Positions 24,918-33,639 are shown, numbered from the stretch's first letter. The stretch: 62,477 nt of DNA from an uncultured Oscillospiraceae bacterium (GCA_910578965.1 CAJTSP010000002.1:1-62477); one strand, 5' to 3'. Numbers and translations are program-made. Notes: generated by a model from the sequence alone, not told the origin.

Positions 24918-25151
24918 TCGGCATCACCTTTACGTATAACTTCCTGTCCCTTTTGCAAGAAACGCCATGTCGTTTTATAATCCACGCCAGCCCATGCTTT
25001 TGAGCAATCCTATATAAAACGCCTTAACCGCTTTATTCGGGGCGAAAACAGCCGGTTTTTGCTCCGAATCCAGTTTTTTGCACCATCAAAATCTTTTTCA
25101 GGCTGCGCAGATATGCCAGCCACCGGCCTTATGGTGGACATTTTCTCTAGG

Positions 25152-25187
25152 CAAAAAGAAGCCGGGCAGGTAAAGCGCCTGCCCGGC
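25152..25187 (-). terminator. intrinsic terminator after the Ala-rich protein gene
   Basis: 10-bp arms gccgggcagg (25161-70) and cctgcccggc (25178-87), followed on the minus strand by a T-rich run. Confidence 0.7.
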
Positions 25188-25248
25188 TCCCTTTTGCATC
25201 TGCATATCTTTGCACACCGGCAAGACCGACGCACAGGATTTTAACGGA

Positions 25249-25878
25249 TCAGACGGGGTCGCTCTCGTCCGGCTGCTCGGCTGCAGGGGCCGTCTCTTCG
25301 TCCACGGGGGCCTCGGCGCCCTCAACCTCTCCTTCTCCGTCTCCTTCTGCCGCAAAGCGGGCAGCCACAGCGTTTACGGCGTCCCGGCCTTTCTGCATTA
25401 CAACCGGCGCTTCTTCACGCACCTTGTCGGCCACCGTGCTGGCCACCGCGCCGGCCGCATCGGCCACCGCCTTGCCCGCGCCCGCCAGAGCGGCGCCAAG
25501 GCCCTCGGTATCCACCCCTGCCTTTTGGGCCGCGTCGGCCACGGCATCCTTTACGCGGATACCGGCCTCCTTAGCCTTTTCGCCCGCGCTGGCCAGCGCA
25601 CTGCCGGCCGCCTCCAAAACGGCGGCAGCCCGATCCGCCGGCTCTTCGGCCTCTGCGGACTCTTCGGCCCCGTCGGCCTCCTCCGTTTCGCCGGGCGAGA
25701 CCACTCGCAGGTCGGGATGTTCCCCTTCAGCCAGGGGTTCTTGCTCATTCAGGGCTTCGTCGGCCGGGTCGAGCAGTTCTTCCTCATCCTGGGAAAGCTT
25801 TTTTTCAATAGCCTTTGCTGCAACGGCGGCAGCACCGGCCGCCACACCGATCCCCAGCAGTTTTGACCAAAAACTCAT
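25249..25878 (-). CDS. Ala/Glu-rich low-complexity protein with N-terminal hydrophobic anchor (YtxH-like)
   Basis: ORF 25249..25953. AAAGGAGA RBS before the internal ATG at 25878 (MSFWSKLLGIGVAAGAAAVAAKA...). Repeated AxxAGxAVADAA-type helices and an acidic tail. Confidence 0.65.
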   Translation of the reverse strand: MSFWSKLLGIGVAAGAAAVAAKAIEKKLSQDEEELLDPADEALNEQEPLAEGEHPDLRVVSPGETEEADGAEESAEAEEPADRAAAVLEAAGSALASAGEKAKEAGIRVKDAVADAAQKAGVDTEGLGAALAGAGKAVADAAGAVASTVADKVREEAPVVMQKGRDAVNAVAARFAAEGDGEGEVEGAEAPVDEETAPAAEQPDESDPV

Positions 25879-26035
25879 GGTTGCATTTCTCCTTTCAGTG
25901 TGCGGCCGCCCAGTAATGGGCCGCCGCTCTGTGCCCGCCGTACGCTGACGCAAGGCGCGCGCCGCCGGATTTTCTTTATCATACTACCATCCGGCGCAAA
26001 AATCCAGTGGCTTTAGCATTATTTACAATTTGTTC

Positions 26036-26064
26036 TTGACAAATTCGACACTCGTCGCTATGAT
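26036..26064 (+). promoter_or_regulatory. sigma-A promoter, TTGACA-17 nt-TATGAT, for the T-box leader
   Basis: TTGACA at 26036-41 and TATGAT at 26059-64. Confidence 0.7.
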
Positions 26065-26084
26065 AGGGATAATATCCTCAAAAC

Positions 26085-26380
26085 CGACGTAGAAGAGAAG
26101 AGTAGGTTTTCGGCATTGGCCCCTGCAAGAGAGCCCGGCAGGTGGAAACGGGCGGGGTACAGGAAACCGAACATGGCCTCTGAGTTGCGTGGGCGAGGGG
26201 CAGGAGCCCTAAGCCCGCGACGGGTGCGCCCGTTACCGCGCCGGGCTGTAACCGCCGCGTTTTTTGGCGCGGCGCCGCAGCCACAAAGGCCGTTTCCGCG
26301 AGGGTGCGGCAAACCAAGGTGGTACCGCGGGTTTTTTCGCCCGCCCTTGTTTTTGCGAGCAAGGGCGGGCTTTTTGTTTT
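26085..26380 (+). promoter_or_regulatory. T-box riboswitch leader (probable Met specifier) with terminator/antiterminator
   Basis: Stem I elements AGAGAG and GGTGGAAAC (26128-26150). F-box CCGTTA (about 26229-34). T-box sequence AAACCAAGGTGGTACCGCG (26311-29). Terminator arms gcccgcccttg/caagggcgggc (26339-70) plus a T-run at 26371-80. Candidate AUG specifier at 26173-75. Confidence 0.88.
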
Positions 26381-26481
26381 ACGCCGTACCCGCCCGGCAG
26401 GGCGGCACCCTTTGGAGGCGCTGTTTTCTGGCATTACCGCCTGGCCGCAGCTTTTGAAATAAGGAGCGCTGAATACAGTAT

Positions 26482-27261
26482 ATGATCGAGATCAAACACC
26501 TGACCAAGATTTTCCGCGACGCCTCCGGCGAGGTGGTTGCCTTGCGGGATGCGTCGGCCGTGATTGGAGACGGGGACATCTTTGGCATCATCGGCATGAG
26601 CGGCGCGGGCAAAAGCACCCTGCTGCGCTGTTTGTGCCTGTTGGAGGAGCCCACCGAGGGCGAGGTGCTGCTGGACGGCCAGAGCCTTTCGAGCCTGAAA
26701 GGCGAGGCCCGCCGGGCCGCCCACCGCCAGATGGGGGTGGTGTTCCAGGGGTACAACCTGCTGATGCAGAAGACGGTGGCCGAAAACGTGGCCTTTCCCC
26801 TAAAACTGGAGCGCGGATACGACAAGGCCGCGGCGGCCGCCCGGGTGGCCGAGCTTTTGGAGCTGGTAGGCCTTGCCGACAAGGCGGCCAGCTACCCCAG
26901 CCAGCTTTCGGGCGGGCAGAAGCAGCGGGTGGCGATTGCCCGGGCGCTGGCTGCACGGCCAAGGGTATTGCTGTGCGACGAGCCCACCAGCGCGCTGGAC
27001 CCCCTCACCACCCGCGCCATGTTGCGGCTGCTCAAGGACATCAACGCAAAATTAGGGGTCACCATCGTCATCATCACCCACGAGCTGGCGGTGGTGCGCA
27101 GCATCTGCAACCGGGTAACCGTGATCGATGCAAGCCGGTTTGTGGAGACCGGCGACGTGTACGAGGTATTCAACAACCCACGCAGCGAGATCACCCGGAT
27201 GCTGCTGGGCGGCGTTTTGGAAAACGAACAGGGAGAACGGGAGGTCATGCAGGATGGCTGA
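26482..27261 (+). CDS. metN: methionine ABC transporter ATP-binding protein (short form, no C-terminal NIL domain)
   Basis: GMSGAGKSTLLRC, LSGGQKQRVAIARAL, LLCDEPTSALD. 259 aa. Stop overlaps the metI start. Confidence 0.85.
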   Translation: MIEIKHLTKIFRDASGEVVALRDASAVIGDGDIFGIIGMSGAGKSTLLRCLCLLEEPTEGEVLLDGQSLSSLKGEARRAAHRQMGVVFQGYNLLMQKTVAENVAFPLKLERGYDKAAAAARVAELLELVGLADKAASYPSQLSGGQKQRVAIARALAARPRVLLCDEPTSALDPLTTRAMLRLLKDINAKLGVTIVIITHELAVVRSICNRVTVIDASRFVETGDVYEVFNNPRSEITRMLLGGVLENEQGEREVMQDG

Positions 27262-27922
27262 GTTTTTTGCAAAATATGCGGTGCTGCTGGGCGAGGGCAT
27301 TTTGGAGACCCTGTACATGACCCTGGTGCCCACCCTGTTTGCCTACCTGCTGGGGCTGCCCATGGGGGTGCTGCTGACCGTGACCAAAGCCGGCGGGATA
27401 CGCCCCGCGCCCCGGTTTAACGCATTGTTCGGCTGGGTGGTAAACATCCTGCGCAGCCTGCCGTTTATGATCCTGATGATCTTTATCATCCCCTTTACCC
27501 GGCTGATCGCGGGCACCAGCATCGGGGCCACCGCCGCCTGCGTGCCGCTGACCATTGCCGCCGCCCCCTTTGTAGCCCGGATGGTGGAGCAGAGCCTGGA
27601 GGAGATCGACGCGGGGGTGATTGAGGCCGCCCGCTGCATGGGGGCCGCCGACCTGCAGATCGTGACCCGGGTGCTGCTGGTGGAAAGCGTGCCCAGCCTT
27701 TTGCGCGGGCTTTCGATCAGCACCATCACCCTTTTGGGATACACCGCCATTACCGGCGCGGTGGGCGCGGGGGGGCTGGGCAACATCGCTTTCCGGTTTG
27801 GATACCAGCGTTACCAGGACGATGTGATGTATGTGACGGTGGCGCTGCTGATTTTGCTGGTCTGCGTGATCCAGGCCATCTTTAACCGGCTGGCCTCCCG
27901 CGCCGACAAGCGCAACCGGTAA
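27254..27922 (+). CDS. metI: methionine ABC transporter permease
   Basis: ORF 27128..27922. The internal ATG at 27254 (MAEFFAKYAVLLGEGILETLYMT...) overlaps the metN stop. Five-TM MetI-like layout. Confidence 0.85.
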   Translation: MAEFFAKYAVLLGEGILETLYMTLVPTLFAYLLGLPMGVLLTVTKAGGIRPAPRFNALFGWVVNILRSLPFMILMIFIIPFTRLIAGTSIGATAACVPLTIAAAPFVARMVEQSLEEIDAGVIEAARCMGAADLQIVTRVLLVESVPSLLRGLSISTITLLGYTAITGAVGAGGLGNIAFRFGYQRYQDDVMYVTVALLILLVCVIQAIFNRLASRADKRNR

Positions 27923-28045
27923 ATGCGGCGCGGCCTTTACCGTACCTCTTAAGGCTGTCCCTTTAGGGCGGCTTTTAGGCAGCGGCCTTTCACCGCTGAA
28001 TAAAAACGGGCGTAGAACGCCCAGGAAAGTATGGAGGGAACAAGC

Positions 28046-28873
28046 ATGAAGAAGGTATTGACATTGGTTCTGGCCCTGGCGCTGCTGCTGGCGCTGGCAG
28101 GCTGCGGCGGCGGCACGGGCTACAAGATCGGCATCCCTGCCGACGCCACCAACGGCGCAAGGGCGCTGCTGCTGCTGGAGGCGCAGGGCATTTTGACCAT
28201 GAAGGAAGGCGTTGGGCTTGCCGCCACCGAGCAGGACATTGCCGAAAACCCCTACAATGTGGAAATTGTGGCCATGGAGGCGGCCAACCTGCCGGCCAGC
28301 CTGCCCGACCTTGACCTTGCGGTGATCAACGGCAACTACGCCAGCGGCGCGGGCATTGGGGATTCGGTGCTGGTCACCGAGGATGCCGAGAGCGTGGCCG
28401 CCCAGACCTACGGCAACATCCTGGCCGTAAAGGAGGGGCGCGAAAACGAGCCGGCCATCCAGGCGCTGCTGGCCGTGCTGATGAGCAAGGACGTGCAGGA
28501 CTGGATCGCCGCCAACTACAACGGCATCGTGATGCCGATGGGCGCCCAGGACCTGACCATCCCCCCCATCAGCTCGCCGGTCACGATCAAGGTGGGCGCT
28601 TCGCCCAGCCCCCACGCTGAAATCCTGGAGTATGTCAAGCCGATCCTGGGCCAGCACAACGTGACCCTGGACATTGTAGAGTTTGACGATTACGTGATGC
28701 CCAACACCGGCGTGGAGGACGGCTCGCTCGACGCCAACTACTTCCAGCACCAGCCGTATCTGGACGACTTTAACGCCGAACAGGGCACCCACATCGCCAG
28801 CGTAGGGGTGGTGCACTACGAGCCGATGGGCCTTTACCCCGGCAAGACCGACAGCCTTGATTTTGTAAAGTAA
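28046..28873 (+). CDS. metQ: MetQ/NlpA-family methionine-binding lipoprotein
   Basis: Lipobox LALAGCGG and FDDYVMPNTGVEDGSLDANYFQHQPYLDDFN. GGAGGGA RBS before the ATG at 28046. Confidence 0.85.
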   Translation: MKKVLTLVLALALLLALAGCGGGTGYKIGIPADATNGARALLLLEAQGILTMKEGVGLAATEQDIAENPYNVEIVAMEAANLPASLPDLDLAVINGNYASGAGIGDSVLVTEDAESVAAQTYGNILAVKEGRENEPAIQALLAVLMSKDVQDWIAANYNGIVMPMGAQDLTIPPISSPVTIKVGASPSPHAEILEYVKPILGQHNVTLDIVEFDDYVMPNTGVEDGSLDANYFQHQPYLDDFNAEQGTHIASVGVVHYEPMGLYPGKTDSLDFVK

Positions 28874-28888
28874 CCCCGGCATCGCTTT

Positions 28889-28918
28889 GGCCGCCCCCGT
28901 ATTTTGCAGGGGCGGCCT
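28889..28918 (+). terminator. possible terminator after metQ
   Basis: Arms ggccgcccc (28889-97) and ggggcggcc (28909-17). Only a weak T-rich tail. Confidence 0.35.
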
Positions 28919-29055
28919 TCCTGTGCTTTGGGCCCGGCAGCAAGAGCACGACCCGGGCTTGACAGGAGCCGGAAAAGAGGGTATCATATGAGCGAGTATT
29001 CATATGATTGACGGCACGGCCTACGCGGCCTGCGGATGAGGAGGGGACGACCCGA

Positions 29056-29784
29056 GTGCTGGAGCTTATGCATATCGCCTGGGGGCTGCCGGGCGGCGAG
29101 GAGATCATTAAGGACGTGAGCTTTATCGCGCCTACCGGCAGGCTGGTGGTGGTAACCGGGCCGAACGGCGGCGGCAAAACCAGCCTTGCCAAGCTGATTG
29201 CGGGGCTGGAAACCCCCTCGGCCGGGCATATTTTGCTGGATGGACAGGACATTACCGGGCTGGACATTACCGCCCGTGCGCGGGCCGGGGTGGGCTATGC
29301 CTTCCAGCAGCCGGTGCGTTTTAAGGGGCTGACCGTGCGGGACCTGCTGGAGCTGGCCGCCGGCCGCCCCATGGACGAAACAGCCCTGTGCGAGGTGCTG
29401 GGCAAGGTGGGGCTGTGCGCCAACGAATACATTGGCCGGGAGCTGAACGCCAGCCTCTCGGGTGGGGAGATCAAGCGGATCGAGATTGCCAGCGTGTTGG
29501 CCCGCAAAGCAAAGCTCTCCATTTTTGACGAGCCGGAGGCCGGTATCGACTTGTGGAGCTTTGCCAGGCTGGTGGATACCTTTGAGGAGCTGCGCAAAAA
29601 CGCCGAGGGTACCCTGATGATCATCAGCCACCAGGAGCGCATCCTTGCCATTGCGGACGAGATCGTGGTGATTGCCGAGGGCCGGGTGCGTGCGGCCGGC
29701 CCCCGTGAGGAGATCCTGCCCACCCTGCTGGGCAACGAGCGGGCGGCCCGCTGCCCGCTGGGGAAAGGGAGTGCGGTAGTATGA
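29056..29784 (+). CDS. sufC: SufC-like Fe-S cluster assembly ABC ATPase
   Basis: ORF 29008..29784. GPNGGGKTSL, LSGGEIKRIEIASVL, IFDEPEAGID. GAGGAGGGG RBS favours the GTG at 29056. 4-nt overlap with the next gene. Confidence 0.75.
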   Translation: MLELMHIAWGLPGGEEIIKDVSFIAPTGRLVVVTGPNGGGKTSLAKLIAGLETPSAGHILLDGQDITGLDITARARAGVGYAFQQPVRFKGLTVRDLLELAAGRPMDETALCEVLGKVGLCANEYIGRELNASLSGGEIKRIEIASVLARKAKLSIFDEPEAGIDLWSFARLVDTFEELRKNAEGTLMIISHQERILAIADEIVVIAEGRVRAAGPREEILPTLLGNERAARCPLGKGSAVV

Positions 29785-30707
29785 GCGATATAAACCCCAT
29801 CGCCAAAAACCTTTTGCGGATGGTCTCAGACCTTGACGGGGCCTTTACCGGCGCCTACAACATCCGGCAGGACGGCGAGTGCGCGGGGCGGCAATCCAGC
29901 CCCAACATCCGGCTGGAAAGCAAGGCCGACGGGCCGGGGCTGGTGATCCAGGTGCTGCCCGGCGCCAGGGGCGAAACAGTGTATATCCCCGCCTGCGTGA
30001 CCCACAGTAAGGTGAATGACCTTGTGTACAACGACTTTTTTATCGGCGAGGGGGCCGACGTGACTATTGTGGCCGGCTGCGGGGTACATGCCGACGGCGA
30101 GGAGGACGCGCGCCACAACGGCATCCACCGGTTTTTTGTGGGCCGGGGGGCACATGTGTTGTATAAAGAAAAGCATGTGGGCACCGGCAACGGGGCCGGT
30201 GCGCGCCGGATCGATCCGGTAACCGACATCACCCTGGCCGAAGACGCCTTTCTGGAAATGGATACCGTGCAATTAGGCGGGGTGGACACCACGATGCGCA
30301 AAACCACCGCCAGCCTCGCCGCGCGGGCAAGGCTGATTGTACGGGAGCGGCTTTTGACCGAGGGAGGCCAACAGGCCGAGAGCGATTTTACCGTGACCCT
30401 TACCGGCGAGGACTCCGGGGTAGACCTTATCTCCCGCTCGGTGGCAAAGGGGCGCTCGCGGCAGGTTTTCCGCTCCAACCTGCGGGGGCTTGCGCGCTGT
30501 GCCGGCCATTCGGAGTGCGACGCCATCCTGGCCGACGAGGGCAGCGTGCTGGCCCTGCCGGGGCTGGAGGCGGAGCATCTGGATGCCGCCCTGATCCACG
30601 AGGCCGCCATCGGCAAGATTGCAGGCGAACAGCTTCTCAAGCTGCGCACCCTGGGCCTAACCGAGCAGGAGGCCGAGGAGCGGATTGTGGCGGGATTTCT
30701 AAAATGA
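29781..30707 (+). CDS. SufB/SufD-family Fe-S assembly protein (short, 308 aa)
   Basis: The C-terminus LIHEAAIGKIAGEQLLKLRTLGLTEQEAEERIVAGFL matches the SufB/D signature region. Confidence 0.75.
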   Translation: MSDINPIAKNLLRMVSDLDGAFTGAYNIRQDGECAGRQSSPNIRLESKADGPGLVIQVLPGARGETVYIPACVTHSKVNDLVYNDFFIGEGADVTIVAGCGVHADGEEDARHNGIHRFFVGRGAHVLYKEKHVGTGNGAGARRIDPVTDITLAEDAFLEMDTVQLGGVDTTMRKTTASLAARARLIVRERLLTEGGQQAESDFTVTLTGEDSGVDLISRSVAKGRSRQVFRSNLRGLARCAGHSECDAILADEGSVLALPGLEAEHLDAALIHEAAIGKIAGEQLLKLRTLGLTEQEAEERIVAGFLK

Positions 30708-30816
30708 GCCTTCCTGCGCTGCGCGGCAAAGCCCTTTCGGGGATCCCGCAGCCGGGCAAAAATGCCCTACCGCATCAAGGGGCTGTGCTGGCGCCGCCTT
30801 TTACGGCAAAAAACAA

Positions 30817-30855
30817 CCGGGCAGAAAGCGAACGCTTCCTGCCCGGCATTTTTTC
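30817..30855 (+). terminator. intrinsic terminator after the suf pair
   Basis: Arms ccgggcag (30817-24) and ctgcccgg (30839-46), then caTTTTTT. Confidence 0.65.
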
Positions 30856-31319
30856 GCCCTGCTTATCTGCTACAGGCCGGGCGGGGATGGAACCCGTTGT
30901 TATTTGGAACGGAACAGCAGCTTGTTGATTGCCTCGTCCGGCTTGCCGGCCAGCCGTCTTACTACCACCGTAAGCAGAATATTCAGTACCCGGCAGGGGG
31001 TGCCGATGGAAAAGATGTACATGGTGTTGCAAAAGACCAGCAGCAGGCCGCATAGGCAATGCGGCCCTTATCCACCGCAGCCGCCCTCTGCCGGATCGGC
31101 TCGCCCCCATTCCCGTCGATAGCCTGCCCTCACAATACCTTCATGGCCTTGCTCACTCTTTTCCGATTGCTGCAATCAGGCCGATCTCAACATCCAGGCC
31201 ATCGTATAGCTGTACGCTCGATACACACAGCCTGGCCGGGAACCCGTATCCACAACTGTTGGACGACACCCGGGCAGTTTTTTACCTGCTCGGCATCCCT
31301 CGGTTACACATACAGGTTT

Positions 31320-32084
31320 TTACTTCTTTTTGCCCTTGCCAAACTTACTGAGGTCAAATTTGTACTCGGTGCCATTGCGGATACGCTGGATGTTGGAGCG
31401 GTGCATCCAGATCACCAGCCCGCCCATAACGGCGGCACAGAGGGTGGTAAAAAAAACGTCCCCCCCGCGGTACCAGGCGTACAGGGCGGTAAACACCGGA
31501 TAGAGCGCCGCCGCCGTGATGCTGCACAGGCTCATCATGCGGAAGGCAAAAAATTCGATGGCGAAAACCACCGCCAGCGCCAGCACCACCGGCGGTGCGG
31601 TAGCAAGGATGGCGCCCGCCGCGGTGGCCACCCCCTTGCCTCCTTTAAAGTGGAACCAGATGGGCCAGAGATGCCCCAGCACCGCGCAAAAGGCCGAGAT
31701 GTAAGCGCCTACCAGCGCCGCCTCGGGGTTCAGGTTAACCAAGGTAACCAAAAACCGCCCCAGTAGGGTGGCAACGGCCCCTTTGCCAAGGTCGCCAAGG
31801 ATGGTAAGGCCGGCTGCCTTGCCGCCAAAGGTGCGCAGCATGTTGGTGGTGCCGGCGTTGCCGCTGCCGTGAGCACGGATGTCATCCCTATACATCCGCC
31901 TGCTCACCATAATGCCAAAGTCCAGGCTGCCGATGAGGTAGGCCAGCACCGCACCCAACGCCCACATGCCAACGGTCGGCCAGGATACCTGGGTGGTGAT
32001 AAAAATGGCGGTTGGGCCGTCCGCCCCGCCAATGATCCCAATGCTGCCCTGGGCAAAAGACGGCCGTGTGATTGCGTTTAACAT
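31320..32084 (-). CDS. plsY: glycerol-3-phosphate acyltransferase PlsY with ~39-aa N-terminal extension
   Basis: ORF 31320..32372. AAAGGAGGG RBS before the internal ATG at 32084. HGSGNAGTTN hallmark and a multi-TM layout. Confidence 0.85.
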   Translation of the reverse strand: MLNAITRPSFAQGSIGIIGGADGPTAIFITTQVSWPTVGMWALGAVLAYLIGSLDFGIMVSRRMYRDDIRAHGSGNAGTTNMLRTFGGKAAGLTILGDLGKGAVATLLGRFLVTLVNLNPEAALVGAYISAFCAVLGHLWPIWFHFKGGKGVATAAGAILATAPPVVLALAVVFAIEFFAFRMMSLCSITAAALYPVFTALYAWYRGGDVFFTTLCAAVMGGLVIWMHRSNIQRIRNGTEYKFDLSKFGKGKKK

Positions 32085-32298
32085 TGCTATTCCCTCCTTT
32101 GCAGCCGCTGCTGCTCTGCCGGGCCGGCCCACGTTCCCCTGTCCCGCGGCCGGCTTTTGTGCGGCGCGGCGGCATGCCAGCCCTGTATTGATTCCCCGCC
32201 GAACATTTTTTCGTCCGGCAAAATGGGGGGGGGCTGGGGGACGTGTCCCCCAGATCGGCCCTTTTACGCCGTTGCCCGGGCTCGCCCCTTTTGCGCCC

Positions 32299-33639
32299 CT
32301 ACGGCCTGCCCTTTGCGCCGCCGTCGCCCCGCTCGCGCACCAGCATACGTATTGGCGTGCCCTCAAGGCCAAAGCTCTCCCGGACCTGGTTTTCGAGATA
32401 ACGCTGGTACGAAAAATGGAAAAGCTCCCTGCGGTTTACAAAACACACAAAGGTGGGCGGGCGGGTAGACGCCTGGGTCATATAGAAAATCTTGAGGCGG
32501 CGGCCCTTGTCGCTGGGGGGCTGTACCCGCGCGGTGGCCCGGGCAAGCAGCTCGTTGAGCACCCCGGTGCGCACCCGTAGCGCATTGTTGGCATCCACCG
32601 TCTTAATCATTTCAAACAGCTTATCCACACGCTGGCCGGTTTTGGCGCTAATGAACAGGATGGGCGCGTAGGCCATAAAGCTAAAATCGTTCTCCAGCTT
32701 TTTGCGCATATTTTCCATTGTTTTATCGTCTTTTTCTACCGCGTCCCACTTGTTGACCGCAATGATGCAGGCCTTGCCCTGCTCGTGCGCGTAGCCGGCC
32801 ACCTTGCTGTCCTGCTCGGTAAAGCCCTGGGTGGCGTCGATCAGGACAACGCACACCCGGCTGCGCTCCACCGCCGCCAGGCTGCGCAGCACGCTGTACC
32901 GTTCCACTCCGTCCTCCACCCGGCCCTTTTTGCGCAGGCCGGCGGTATCGGTAAACACAAAGCTGCCAAAGGCATTGTCCACCGGGCTGTCTATTGCGTC
33001 CCGGGTGGTGCCGGCCACATCGGCCACGATCATCCGCTCCTCGCCCAGGATATAGTTGACCAGGCTGGATTTGCCCACGTTGGGCCGGCCGATCACCGCC
33101 ACCGGGATGCGCTCTCCCTCCTCCCGGCCCTCCTCGGGCCAGGCAAGGTGACTGCATACCGCGTCCAGCAAATCGCCGGTGCCGTGCCCGTGCACGCTGG
33201 ACACCGCCACCAGCTCGCCCAAACCCAGCGAATAAAAATCGTACAGCTCGAGCGGCGGCTCGCCCACCCGGTCGCACTTGTTTACCGCCAGCACCACCGG
33301 CTTGCCGCTGCGCTGCAAAAGGGCCGCGATCTCCTGGTCCTGGGCGGTGACCCCGGCCATGAGGTCGGCAACCATAATGATGCAGTCGGCCGAGTCGATG
33401 GCAAGCTGGGCCTGCCGGCGGATGTGCGCCAGGATGCCGTCGTCAACGCCCGGCTCGATGCCGCCGGTGTCGGCCAGCAAAAAGCGGCGGTTCTGCCACT
33501 CGCACTCGGCAAAAATGCGATCCCGGGTGATGCCGGGGGTGTCCTCCACAATAGCCAGCCGCTGGCCGATGAGCTTGTTGAACAGGGTGGATTTGCCCAC
33601 GTTGGGCCGGCCCACCACCGCTACAATGGGTTTTGCCAT
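32299..33639 (-). CDS. der: ribosome biogenesis GTPase Der (EngA)
   Basis: Two G domains (GRPNVGKSTLFN and GRPNVGKSSLVN; DTGG/DTAG; NKCD/NKWD) plus a KH-like C-terminus. Confidence 0.95.
   Translation of the reverse strand: MAKPIVAVVGRPNVGKSTLFNKLIGQRLAIVEDTPGITRDRIFAECEWQNRRFLLADTGGIEPGVDDGILAHIRRQAQLAIDSADCIIMVADLMAGVTAQDQEIAALLQRSGKPVVLAVNKCDRVGEPPLELYDFYSLGLGELVAVSSVHGHGTGDLLDAVCSHLAWPEEGREEGERIPVAVIGRPNVGKSSLVNYILGEERMIVADVAGTTRDAIDSPVDNAFGSFVFTDTAGLRKKGRVEDGVERYSVLRSLAAVERSRVCVVLIDATQGFTEQDSKVAGYAHEQGKACIIAVNKWDAVEKDDKTMENMRKKLENDFSFMAYAPILFISAKTGQRVDKLFEMIKTVDANNALRVRTGVLNELLARATARVQPPSDKGRRLKIFYMTQASTRPPTFVCFVNRRELFHFSYQRYLENQVRESFGLEGTPIRMLVRERGDGGAKGRP

Noticed and set aside
25249-25953. 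Ala-rich ORF as a possible non-coding GC artefact
   Set aside because: Kept as a gene. It has a strong RBS at the internal ATG, an N-terminal hydrophobic anchor, an amphipathic repeat pattern and its own terminator. The longer 234-aa version with the Arg-rich N-terminus is rejected.
27245-28987. 580-aa minus-strand ORF spanning metI and metQ
   Set aside because: It is antisense to two well-supported genes. Composition is Gly/His/Gln/Ala/Arg-rich with no motifs or RBS. It is a typical high-GC shadow ORF.
31320-32372. Long 5' extensions of track ORFs (plsY to 32372, pgi to 38283, DD-carboxypeptidase to 39704, XRE to 46823, AGE to 56405, SGNH from 58133)
   Set aside because: The extensions are Arg/Pro/Gly-rich and lack an RBS. 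Internal starts have strong Shine-Dalgarno sequences and give canonical N-termini.
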